Shown: one piece after another, positions 1-6,944 of the stretch | Position numbering within the stretch: the stretch's first letter is position 1 | Layout: each line of letters starts with the position of its first letter | Source of the DNA: a virus | Lineage: Duplodnaviria > Caudoviricetes | IMG/VR virus record: IMGVR_UViG_3300020161_000951 | Location: 1-35,171 of that record | Reading direction: 5' to 3' (one strand) | DNA length: 35,171 bases | Made by a program: the position numbers and the translations under genes | Notes under the pieces: model-generated | What the model was told of the DNA's origin: nothing | Databases searched by the model: none | Seen by the model: only the letters and a program-made list of their open reading frames with translations

Positions 1-90
1 AACACCATCTGGATTAGCATCTAAGTCATAGATATCAACTGAGGTAGATGCATTACCACAAACTGATTTTAGATTTACAAAAGTGCTCAT
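1..90 (-). CDS. small hypothetical phage protein, 3' end runs off the window (MSTFVNLKSVCGNASTSVDIYDL...)
   Basis: Hand-translated; ATG at 90 directly abuts the TAA of the upstream gene; open to the window edge. Confidence 0.6.
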   Translation of the reverse strand, partial: MSTFVNLKSVCGNASTSVDIYDLDANPDGV

Positions 91-195
91 TTATTCCCAG
101 CAATCTGAACAAGTGTATTTGTTCTCATAGAATTCGGATTCTGAGATAGCAAACATTTTACTATCGCAGATTAAACATTTAGCGAAATAACTCAT
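91..195 (-). CDS. 34-aa CxxC...CxxC zinc-ribbon-like peptide (MSYFAKCLICDSK...YTCSDCWE)
   Basis: Hand-translated; TAATG overlap with the upstream gene; two CxxC motifs. Confidence 0.65.
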   Translation of the reverse strand: MSYFAKCLICDSKMFAISESEFYENKYTCSDCWE

Positions 196-371
196 TAGTT
201 ATCACCATACCAATTTGACCAACGACCTAAGCGGTCGCTTTCAGCGTCAATATAGAATGAGTGGATATTAGTATCACACTCAGTGCATAGGGTATATGCA
301 TAGTCATTATGGAATGAGATAGCACTCTCAAGAGGTGTGTGCTTAGCGCACTTGATAATTGTTGAATTCAT
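195..371 (-). CDS. 58-aa hypothetical protein with C-x2-H and CxxC motifs (MNSTIIKCAKHTP...LCTECDT...)
   Basis: Hand-translated; strong RBS AGAAAGGA upstream; promoter at 422-430. Confidence 0.7.
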   Translation of the reverse strand: MNSTIIKCAKHTPLESAISFHNDYAYTLCTECDTNIHSFYIDAESDRLGRWSNWYGDN

Positions 372-421
372 TTGAATTCCTTTCTAGTTTGAGAACCTTT
401 CTCAACTTTCTTTATACTGTA

Positions 422-460
422 AGTCTAACACCTACCACTGACATTTTCTCGGCGTGTCGC
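422..460 (-). promoter_or_regulatory. leftward promoter: extended -10 TGTTAGACT (430-422) with a nearby CGGCGTGTCGC element (450-460)
   Basis: Same -10 and leader sequence as the rightward promoters at 605-645 and 845-886. Confidence 0.65.
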
Positions 461-469
461 AGGATTTGA

Positions 470-524
470 AGATGAACAACAGATGAACAACAATCCACAG
501 CATAAGGCATCACCCTGTGGATAA
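470..524. repeat. AGATGAACAAC x2 direct repeat, plus inverted repeat ATCCACAG/CTGTGGAT containing a perfect DnaA box (TGTGGATAA, 516-524)
   Basis: Read directly; the DnaA box consensus is TTATCCACA. Confidence 0.6.
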
Positions 525-568
525 CCCCCGGTAAATTAGACAAAAGATCTAAAAATGTCAAGCTATTA

Positions 569-645
569 TGTGGTGTATATCACTAATTACAATCGTGTCA
601 TTCACGGCGTGTCGCCTTGACTTTTTGACATTTCTATGTTATACT
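569..645 (+). promoter_or_regulatory. rightward promoter 1: CRP-like site (TGTGG-N6-TCACT, 569-584), CGGCGTGTCGCC, -35 TTGACT (617-622), 17 bp, -10 TATACT (640-645)
   Basis: Canonical housekeeping-sigma spacing; extended -10 TG present. Confidence 0.8.
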
Positions 646-693
646 TGCAGTATTAGAAAGTTAGAGAAGGTCTCTAAACTAGAAAGGACTAAA

Positions 694-825
694 ATGTTAG
701 TCAATAAATGTTCAAAATGCGGGTGGCAAACACCCGAATTGCAGGATAGTATCTGTCCTGTTTGCTCAGATATGAGCGTCTTCCCTCGTCTCTTCGTTCG
801 ATTGGAACAAGACGTTAGGGTGTGA
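694..825 (+). CDS. 43-aa zinc-ribbon protein (CSKC...CPVC)
   Basis: RBS AGAAAGGA before ATG 694; the longer ORF start at 568 lies inside the promoter. Confidence 0.7.
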   Translation: MLVNKCSKCGWQTPELQDSICPVCSDMSVFPRLFVRLEQDVRV

Positions 826-886
826 GATAACTCACACAACTCCTACGGCGTGTCGCCTTGACTTTTCAGGGTAGATATGTTAGACT
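821..886 (+). promoter_or_regulatory. rightward promoter 2: perfect CRP/GlxR-type site TGTGA-N6-TCACA (821-836), ACGGCGTGTCGCC, -35 TTGACT (858-863), 17 bp, -10 TAGACT (881-886)
   Basis: A 22-nt block, ACGGCGTGTCGCCTTGACTTTT, is identical to promoter 1. Confidence 0.8.
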
Positions 887-1006
887 TACGGAGTAAGAAA
901 AACTAAATAAAGGAAATTCCTAGATGAGCCCTACTAAGTAGGCAAATAATTCTAGGCAAGGAAAAGATAACACAAGGTTATCGCATTAAAGAAAGGTTCA
1001 CTAAAT

Positions 1007-1189
1007 ATGAACACTATATATAACGAAATAGCAGAAGAGTTTGGTTCTTCTGCGCTATCATCTAATAACCCTATCCCTAGTTATACACTAAGCGTTAAAC
1101 AATGCCTAGTGCTAAATAACAAATACGGGTTTGATAAGGCTAGCGTTATCGCTAAGCGTTACTACTCATTAGCAAGAAAGGCTAACTAA
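1007..1189 (+). CDS. hypothetical protein, 60 aa
   Basis: ORF track; RBS AGAAAGG. Confidence 0.7.
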   Translation: MNTIYNEIAEEFGSSALSSNNPIPSYTLSVKQCLVLNNKYGFDKASVIAKRYYSLARKAN

Positions 1190-1191
1190 CT

Positions 1192-1344
1192 ATGACTATT
1201 ACATATTCAATTTGGCAAGGTTCAAGTCTACTAAGTGTAGGCAATACTGCTAGCAAGCCAGAAGAAATTCTTGCGGTTATGGCAGAACTAAATAAATTAG
1301 GAAAAGGTTTCTCCTATATTATTAGAGAGGTAGTTACTAAGTGA
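1192..1344 (+). CDS. hypothetical protein, 50 aa (MTITYSIWQGSSLLSVG...)
   Basis: Hand-translated; RBS AGAAAGG; fills the gap between neighbours. Confidence 0.7.
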   Translation: MTITYSIWQGSSLLSVGNTASKPEEILAVMAELNKLGKGFSYIIREVVTK

Positions 1345-1445
1345 ATAGACTACTAACAAGCATAGTGCAATTAGCACTACTAGCAGTAACTATCCCTATG
1401 GTAGTTGCTATGGTTAAAGACTTTAAGAATGGAGGGCTAGAATGA
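1341..1445 (+). CDS. 34-aa single-TM membrane peptide (MNRLLTSIVQLALLAVTIPMVVAMVK...)
   Basis: GTGA overlap upstream, ATGA overlap downstream, RBS GAGAGG. Confidence 0.65.
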   Translation: MNRLLTSIVQLALLAVTIPMVVAMVKDFKNGGLE

Positions 1446-1624
1446 TAGTTACACTCACAAGTTTCAACGGTAACGTTAAAAAAATTAACTTACCTAACGC
1501 TGAGTCAGTAAAAACTTTCCTAGTAGAGTTACCTAAGAATACTCCTATGCATACACGATTAAATTTTAATTGTGATGTGTTAGGGTTTCAAGGTTTCATT
1601 ACAGGAACTAAGCTAGATAAGTAG
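1442..1624 (+). CDS. hypothetical protein, 60 aa
   Basis: ORF track; RBS GGAGG; ATGA coupling. Confidence 0.7.
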   Translation: MIVTLTSFNGNVKKINLPNAESVKTFLVELPKNTPMHTRLNFNCDVLGFQGFITGTKLDK

Positions 1625-1625
1625 C

Positions 1626-1680
1626 CTAGGGGGATCACTCCCCTAGTGTGCTCACTAATTATTTTATATTTTATTTTTAA
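1626..1680 (+). terminator. probable terminator closing the early-type operon
   Basis: Stem CTAGGGG(G)A-TCAC-TCCCCTAG followed by AT/T-rich sequence. Confidence 0.45.
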
Positions 1681-1770
1681 TTTTATGTATCATACATCTG
1701 ACAAAAATATTCAGATTTTCTCAAAATAGAAATTTTTTCAGATTTCCAGGGAATAGGGTATAATTAACCT

Positions 1771-1917
1771 ATGGCCATATTAGACAATCTAGAAAACTCA
1801 GAATCTTCCTGGGATCAAGAATTTGCATTTGAACATCAAAATCTGGCGGTAAAGATATTTGAAGACACATGTTGCAATAGCTGTAGCTGTAAATCCGATT
1901 CTGATCATAATAAGTGA
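1771..1917 (+). CDS. 48-aa acidic peptide with CCxxCxC motif (…EDTCCNSCSCKSDSDHNK)
   Basis: Hand-translated; TATAAT at 1759-1764 lies 6 nt before the ATG (leaderless). Confidence 0.6.
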   Translation: MAILDNLENSESSWDQEFAFEHQNLAVKIFEDTCCNSCSCKSDSDHNK

Positions 1918-1929
1918 TATAATATATCC

Positions 1930-2022
1930 ATGACTGAAGAAACCACTACACCACAAGAGGGACTATGCTGCTCTGGCTGCATTTGCGTAGAGTCCCATTC
2001 ATCAAAACCATTTGCTGAATAA
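1930..2022 (+). CDS. 30-aa peptide with CCxxCxC motif (MTEETTTPQEGLCCSGCICVESHSSKPFAE)
   Basis: Hand-translated; TGATATAAT at 1915-1923 lies 6 nt before the ATG. Confidence 0.6.
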   Translation: MTEETTTPQEGLCCSGCICVESHSSKPFAE

Positions 2023-2023
2023 T

Positions 2024-2209
2024 TTATACTAGTAAATTCTTTTCTTTCAATTTATTGTATAGATTTCCTACCATAAGCTCTAGCGCTGGTGCGCTTTCTT
2101 TTATCGACTTTTCAATTTGATCTTCAGGCATATTACCTCTTCGACAAATTTCACGATTATCATTATTAATACTTTCTAGCATAAATTTCATAACTTCTTC
2201 TTTTGTCAT
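2024..2209 (-). CDS. hypothetical protein, 61 aa
   Basis: ORF track; RBS AGGGAG; minus-strand TGATATACT at 2245-2237. Confidence 0.75.
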   Translation of the reverse strand: MTKEEVMKFMLESINNDNREICRRGNMPEDQIEKSIKESAPALELMVGNLYNKLKEKNLLV

Positions 2210-2266
2210 TTTATTCTCCCTAGTTGGTTTATATTAAGTATATCAAAAACATTTTGGTTTTGCAAG

Positions 2267-2461
2267 TTACCATTTACCAATTGGACATTTTGCTTTTTCC
2301 AAAGTAGTTTTAAGTTTCATAAAACATCCACACTTCTTACATGTTTGGGTTTTAGGTCTAAACCATTCACAGGTTTTACAAATTTCGAGGCGGGATATAG
2401 AAATTTCTTCTGGCGTCTTATCTCCATTAATTAAATCCCAAGGCTTAACATCATCTGACAT
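2267..2461 (-). CDS. 64-aa Cys-rich zinc-binding protein (CxxC...CxxCGC...CPxxKW; DUF6171-like pattern)
   Basis: Start moved to MSDDVKPW because TATACT lies 6 nt upstream; Cys pattern read directly. Confidence 0.75.
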   Translation of the reverse strand: MSDDVKPWDLINGDKTPEEISISRLEICKTCEWFRPKTQTCKKCGCFMKLKTTLEKAKCPIGKW

Positions 2462-2698
2462 ATACAAAGTATATCCTATATGACGATATAAGACTATTGA
2501 CGTATATTCCCATAGTGGACTTTGGCTTATACTTAAATACCCCCGCAAATCAGGGATATAACCGTTATTAGACATATTGGAAGTTTCTTCCATAGTTGTC
2601 TATGGGAAGGTTTGTATAACCTCTATTTCGGCGCCGTTTTAATTTCCGCCAAATTGAAAATTAATTATATTATCTCAAATACTGGTATAATATATTTT

Positions 2699-2914
2699 AT
2701 GACTCCACAAGACTGGGCAGCCCTAATTTTATCTATAGCTTCTATTTTTGCAATTGTTGCTGGTGGAATCAAATGGCTCGTAAAACATTATTTAAATGAA
2801 CTTAAACCTAATTCTGGATCCAGCCTAAAAGATTCTGTTAATCGGCTCGAAGAAAAAACTGATAAGATGTTTGATCTATTAATTGAACATATTTCAGATC
2901 ATAATAAAAAGTAA
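2699..2914 (+). CDS. 71-aa membrane protein (N-terminal TM helix plus coiled coil; possibly holin-like)
   Basis: WAALILSIASIFAIVAGGIKW hydrophobic helix; TGGTATAAT at 2683-2691 lies 7 nt before ATG 2699. Confidence 0.7.
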   Translation: MTPQDWAALILSIASIFAIVAGGIKWLVKHYLNELKPNSGSSLKDSVNRLEEKTDKMFDLLIEHISDHNKK

Positions 2915-2922
2915 CATTAGTC

Positions 2923-3579
2923 ATGATCCCAAAAATTATTTGGCAAACATATGAGCTAGATTATGATGATTTGCGGTATGACTATAGAATGGCCTCACTA
3001 ACCTGGAAAAATTTAAATCCAGACTGGGAATATAGGTATTGTAATGCAGAAGCAAGAAAAATACACGTAAAAGAATATAGCGATGAGCTTTACTACTATT
3101 ATGAATATTTAAGCCCAATAAACAAGGCAGATATTTGGAGATTATGCGTTTTATACACATACGGTGGCCTATATACTGATATGGACTCTGTTTGTCAAAA
3201 CCCCATTGATCAGGTTTTTAGGAATAACATTAAAAGTAATAATTTTATACTTGGCCCTCAAATAAAAGATGGCATGGCGCCTAATGGGACAATGGCTTCT
3301 TTAGGACAATCTGATACAATAAAAAAAATAATTGATGATTTGCTAATAAGAATAAAAGATGAGTTTGTAAGAAATGGCAATGTAGTAAATGTTACTTTTT
3401 TTGAATTTGCTGCTATAGTTAAAAAATATAACGAAGAAATTGATTTTAATTTATTATCAGCATTGCACGGATATCATGAAAGAGACTGCTACTCATACAC
3501 TTCAGATTTTGATGTTTATTGGAATAACGAATATATAAAATATTCTGATTTAGCAAAACAAAATAATTGGATTTTCTAA
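2923..3579 (+). CDS. GT32/OCH1-like glycosyltransferase (DXD sugar-binding family)
   Basis: MIPKIIWQT N-terminus and DIWRLCVLYTYGGLYTDMD signature. Confidence 0.9.
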   Translation: MIPKIIWQTYELDYDDLRYDYRMASLTWKNLNPDWEYRYCNAEARKIHVKEYSDELYYYYEYLSPINKADIWRLCVLYTYGGLYTDMDSVCQNPIDQVFRNNIKSNNFILGPQIKDGMAPNGTMASLGQSDTIKKIIDDLLIRIKDEFVRNGNVVNVTFFEFAAIVKKYNEEIDFNLLSALHGYHERDCYSYTSDFDVYWNNEYIKYSDLAKQNNWIF

Positions 3580-3820
3580 CTATATATAATATATAAAGAT
3601 ATATTAAAAACTTATTTACAGTATATTCTTTTCTTTATATATTTTAAGTATACACTATAGATTATTTGGTTTCAACTTTAAATACCCTGGACTTTATAAC
3701 GATTTGATAACAATTCAAAAATACCCTGGATTTTATACTTTTTGAATATTCTTGTCTAAACCTTTAGTTATAACTTTTTGTTATAAAAACATATATTCTG
3801 GAGTTTTTTCAAAAATATAA
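3580..3820. repeat. very AT-rich non-coding region with direct repeats AAATACCCTGGA(C/T)TTTATA (3680-3698, 3719-3737)
   Basis: Read directly; no ORF. Confidence 0.6.
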
Positions 3821-3834
3821 GATATAATCTAGTT

Positions 3835-3892
3835 AGACTCTTCCCAAGGTTGCCACCCCCACCCCACAGCGCCTTGGGATTAGTCCTTTTTT
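3835..3892 (+). ncRNA. candidate ~58-nt hairpin small RNA with a C-rich loop
   Basis: TATAAT at 3823-3828; stems GACT/AGTC and TCCCAAGG/CCTTGGGA; loop CACCCCCACCCCACA; T6 tail. Confidence 0.45.
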
Positions 3893-3910
3893 ATGGTATA
3901 ATCAATTATT

Positions 3911-4312
3911 ATGTGTGCTCCTACAATAGAAAAACATGGCGCTTCGCCAGCAAATATTAAATGGTCTGTTGTCCGTGGAGATACCGCAACTCTAAAAGTT
4001 GAATTTTTTGAAGATGATGAAATTACAGCATATGATACCTCAGAATGGACATATAAAGCTACAGCTTATGATTCTACTGGAGATATTTTAGATGAATTGA
4101 CAGCTACTAGCGGTGAAGGATATGTTGAGATCTTGGCTCCAGCTAGCATTACTGAAAATTGGGGTAGTGCAAAATACCGCTCAGTTGTTGCAGAGTTACA
4201 GTTTGACTTGCAAGTAGTAATTGAAGGCGGTAGTGGTCAAAACGTAGACACCGTATGGACTCCAGTAATTGGAACTATATGCGTATTAGGCGATGTAACT
4301 CCAGGTCTATAA
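3911..4312 (+). CDS. Ig-like virion adaptor protein (GDTA family, paralog 1)
   Basis: WSVVRGDTA motif shared with 5156 and 15137; TGGTATAAT at 3894-3902. Confidence 0.7.
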   Translation: MCAPTIEKHGASPANIKWSVVRGDTATLKVEFFEDDEITAYDTSEWTYKATAYDSTGDILDELTATSGEGYVEILAPASITENWGSAKYRSVVAELQFDLQVVIEGGSGQNVDTVWTPVIGTICVLGDVTPGL

Positions 4313-4398
4313 TGCCAATAGTAAAAGTAACAGCCAAAAAAGATAATCTTCCTCCAATTATTAAAATTGGAACAAAAATATTTAAAGTAAAGAAATGA
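4312..4398 (+). CDS. 28-aa basic peptide (MPIVKVTAKKDNLPPIIKIGTKIFKVKK)
   Basis: TAATG coupling; fills the intergenic gap. Confidence 0.55.
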   Translation: MPIVKVTAKKDNLPPIIKIGTKIFKVKK

Positions 4399-4405
4399 TT
4401 TTTCC

Positions 4406-5131
4406 ATGGCTAAAAGCATGGACTTCCCAGATGTTTCAAAAAAGAAAAAATATTCAGACACTGTAAAAGAAGTAGTAAATACAGAATATATTGCTGTTCC
4501 AGGTGTTCAGGGTGAACGTGGCGATACGGGCCCCGCAGGACCACAAGGAATTGAAGGACCAAAAGGTGATAAGGGTGATCCTGGAAAACAAGGACCCCAA
4601 GGACCAAAAGGTGAACGTGGAGAGCCAGGTAAAGGTGGCCAGGGATACGATAGTCCATCTGGACAATACCCAGGATGGGCTTACTATAAAAATCTAACCA
4701 ATGATAAAACAAGGATTGGTCCAGAAAGAGGCGATGATGGATGGGTCTCTGTTTTTTTAAATATAGATAAAGACCAAAGTATTGAAAAATATCTTCCAAA
4801 CAAGTCTGTATCTCTTTTAAACGAGACAGCCAATAAAATTAATTTCAGAGCATTACAGCAAGGGTCTAAGGTTGATATTAGGTATGATCTAGAAATAGAA
4901 ACCTATAATAACAATACAGAACTATGGATTAGAACATTTTCTGTAGATGAACAAAACTCTGTAGTAGGATATCTAGGAAACTTGAAATATCAATACTCCT
5001 ATGACTTTTCTTTTTGCCAAACCGTTTTTGTAGAAAACAAAGAGGTTAAGGCTTTTGGTGGTATACTACAAGTTAGGTCTGACAATGAAGGGTCTGCTAT
5101 GCTAAAAGGAATATATATATCAGTTTCCTAA
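4406..5131 (+). CDS. collagen triple-helix repeat protein with C-terminal globular domain
   Basis: About 16 consecutive Gly-X-Y triplets (approx. 4502-4645). Confidence 0.9.
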   Translation: MAKSMDFPDVSKKKKYSDTVKEVVNTEYIAVPGVQGERGDTGPAGPQGIEGPKGDKGDPGKQGPQGPKGERGEPGKGGQGYDSPSGQYPGWAYYKNLTNDKTRIGPERGDDGWVSVFLNIDKDQSIEKYLPNKSVSLLNETANKINFRALQQGSKVDIRYDLEIETYNNNTELWIRTFSVDEQNSVVGYLGNLKYQYSYDFSFCQTVFVENKEVKAFGGILQVRSDNEGSAMLKGIYISVS

Positions 5132-5155
5132 TGGTATAATATTATAGGAGGAACA

Positions 5156-5509
5156 ATGGCATTTCCAGGAACATATAATTTTAACTACTACCGTGGCGAC
5201 ACTGCAGAGTTTGTAATCCGTCCAAAAACATCAAATGGGTCTGCTTATGATTTAACCAATTACACCGCAACTTTCACTATTGCTAACAGACGTGGATCAA
5301 CAGGAACTCAATATGTTGCAGCAGCAGTAGCAAATGCTACAACAGATATTATTACTTGCACAATTACACCAGCCGTTGGAAGAACACTTGCTGCAGGAAC
5401 ATATGTTTATGATGTTCAAATTACTGATGCCACCCCAAACCCAGATGTTATTTTAACTATTCTAACTGGATCAATAACCGTAACTGATGATATCACTGGT
5501 GCTGTGTAA
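5156..5509 (+). CDS. Ig-like virion adaptor protein (GDTA family, paralog 2)
   Basis: YYRGDTA and GTYVYDVQI motifs; RBS GGAGG; TGGTATAAT at 5132-5140. Confidence 0.75.
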   Translation: MAFPGTYNFNYYRGDTAEFVIRPKTSNGSAYDLTNYTATFTIANRRGSTGTQYVAAAVANATTDIITCTITPAVGRTLAAGTYVYDVQITDATPNPDVILTILTGSITVTDDITGAV

Positions 5510-6117
5510 TGCCAGATGTATTATTAAGTAATGATGATGTTACCGTTTTAGGTCCCCCAAATACTGTTGAAGTATTAGTTGACATTGGTCCAACAGGAAC
5601 TCGTGGTAGCCAAGTTTTTGCGGGTATTGGAGATCCAAATGATATTGAGATTGGACAAACCCCAATACTAAATGATTTATATATAAACGCTTCACCAGGA
5701 GATGGCTATGCGTATATGTATCAATATGTATCTCAGCCTGGTGGAAACACATGGATTCCATTGTTATCCGTTAATCCAACAATTTATTCAGAAAATCATT
5801 TAACTACATTTACAGCTGGGGCAGCAGAAATAGTTATACCAGTTGCAAATATTATTGATATTACTGGAACTCCTTTGTCTGCAGATAACTTTAGTGTTCA
5901 GTATAGTATTGCTCATGATAATCCACTAGCATCTTCTATGACTATTCCAGCTCTTGAAATTGATTCTGGTGCAGGCGGAGATAATCTTGTAATTAATTTA
6001 AAAGCAGTAGAGTTTAGAAGCAATGTAGATTCTGGCCCATATGGAGATTGGGCACTTCTAAATGCTGAAGTCGTAACTCACATTTTTATATCAATTTTAG
6101 AAGTTGCAGGGTCTTAA
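5509..6117 (+). CDS. putative virion structural protein
   Basis: TAATG coupling; GPTGTRGS...G.GDP...DLYIN...W motif typical of fibre N-termini. Confidence 0.7.
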   Translation: MPDVLLSNDDVTVLGPPNTVEVLVDIGPTGTRGSQVFAGIGDPNDIEIGQTPILNDLYINASPGDGYAYMYQYVSQPGGNTWIPLLSVNPTIYSENHLTTFTAGAAEIVIPVANIIDITGTPLSADNFSVQYSIAHDNPLASSMTIPALEIDSGAGGDNLVINLKAVEFRSNVDSGPYGDWALLNAEVVTHIFISILEVAGS

Positions 6118-6155
6118 TATGTATACTTATGATATAATTTCCAAAGAGGTGATTT

Positions 6156-6944
6156 ATGGCAGTTGAGAGTATTGGAACCCTAGTTCCAACAAAAATTCCA
6201 GGGTATACAGATGCCGCTGATATTCAAGCAGCACTACGTGCCTATCACTATGGGTCATATACATTTGATACCGCAGAAACCAATAAAGCAAACTTAATTA
6301 ACCCATCTATAGCATATACACTCAATAGTCTTCAAGATCAGATTACAGCAGTTGACATTACTACAGCAGTTGCAAAGTCTGCTTTTAATGCTAAGGGAGA
6401 TCTTCTTAGCGCATCTGCAAACGATACACCACTTATATTAACTGCAGGCGCAAATGGAAGAATATTAACTACAAATAGCGCCACAGCAACAGGACTTGAA
6501 TGGTCAGATTCTTTAACATCTCCAAACCTAACATTATCTACAACATCTTCTACAACAGATGCAAGAATTTCCTGGGATACAACAAATAAAAAGATTCAAG
6601 TAGGAAATGGAACGGCAGCAATAGATTTTGCCACATCAACATTAGTTATAAATGCTCAAGCAGCATCTTACACTTTAGTATTAACAGATAAAGATAAATT
6701 AGTAGAAATAAGCAATGCTTCTGCTAACAACTTAACTGTCCCATTAAACTCATCAGTTGCATATCCAATTGGATCTCAAATTAATATTTTACAAACTGGT
6801 GTTGGTCAAACAACCGTTGTGGCAACTGGTGGGGTAACTATAAATGCAACACCAGGACTAAAATTAAGAGCACAATGGTCATCTGCTACATTAATTAAAC
6901 GTGCAGAAAATACTTGGGTTCTTATTGGAGATTTGATTGCATAA
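6156..6944 (+). CDS. tail-fibre-like protein
   Basis: Thr/Ala/Ser-rich; AKGDLL module shared with 16339; C-terminal ...WVLIGDL domain; RBS GAGGTG; TGATATAAT at 6130-6138. Confidence 0.75.
   Translation: MAVESIGTLVPTKIPGYTDAADIQAALRAYHYGSYTFDTAETNKANLINPSIAYTLNSLQDQITAVDITTAVAKSAFNAKGDLLSASANDTPLILTAGANGRILTTNSATATGLEWSDSLTSPNLTLSTTSSTTDARISWDTTNKKIQVGNGTAAIDFATSTLVINAQAASYTLVLTDKDKLVEISNASANNLTVPLNSSVAYPIGSQINILQTGVGQTTVVATGGVTINATPGLKLRAQWSSATLIKRAENTWVLIGDLIA

Noticed and set aside
568-693. N-terminal extensions in the ORF track (568, 2593, 2612, 6914, 7430, 27447, 30478)
   Set aside because: They overlap promoters or upstream genes; downstream starts have a better RBS, translational coupling or leaderless -10 spacing.
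919-956. Hammerhead ribozyme (GATGAG...stem...CAAA resemblance)
   Set aside because: The core deviates from CUGANGA and GAAA, and no third stem or cleavage triplet was found.
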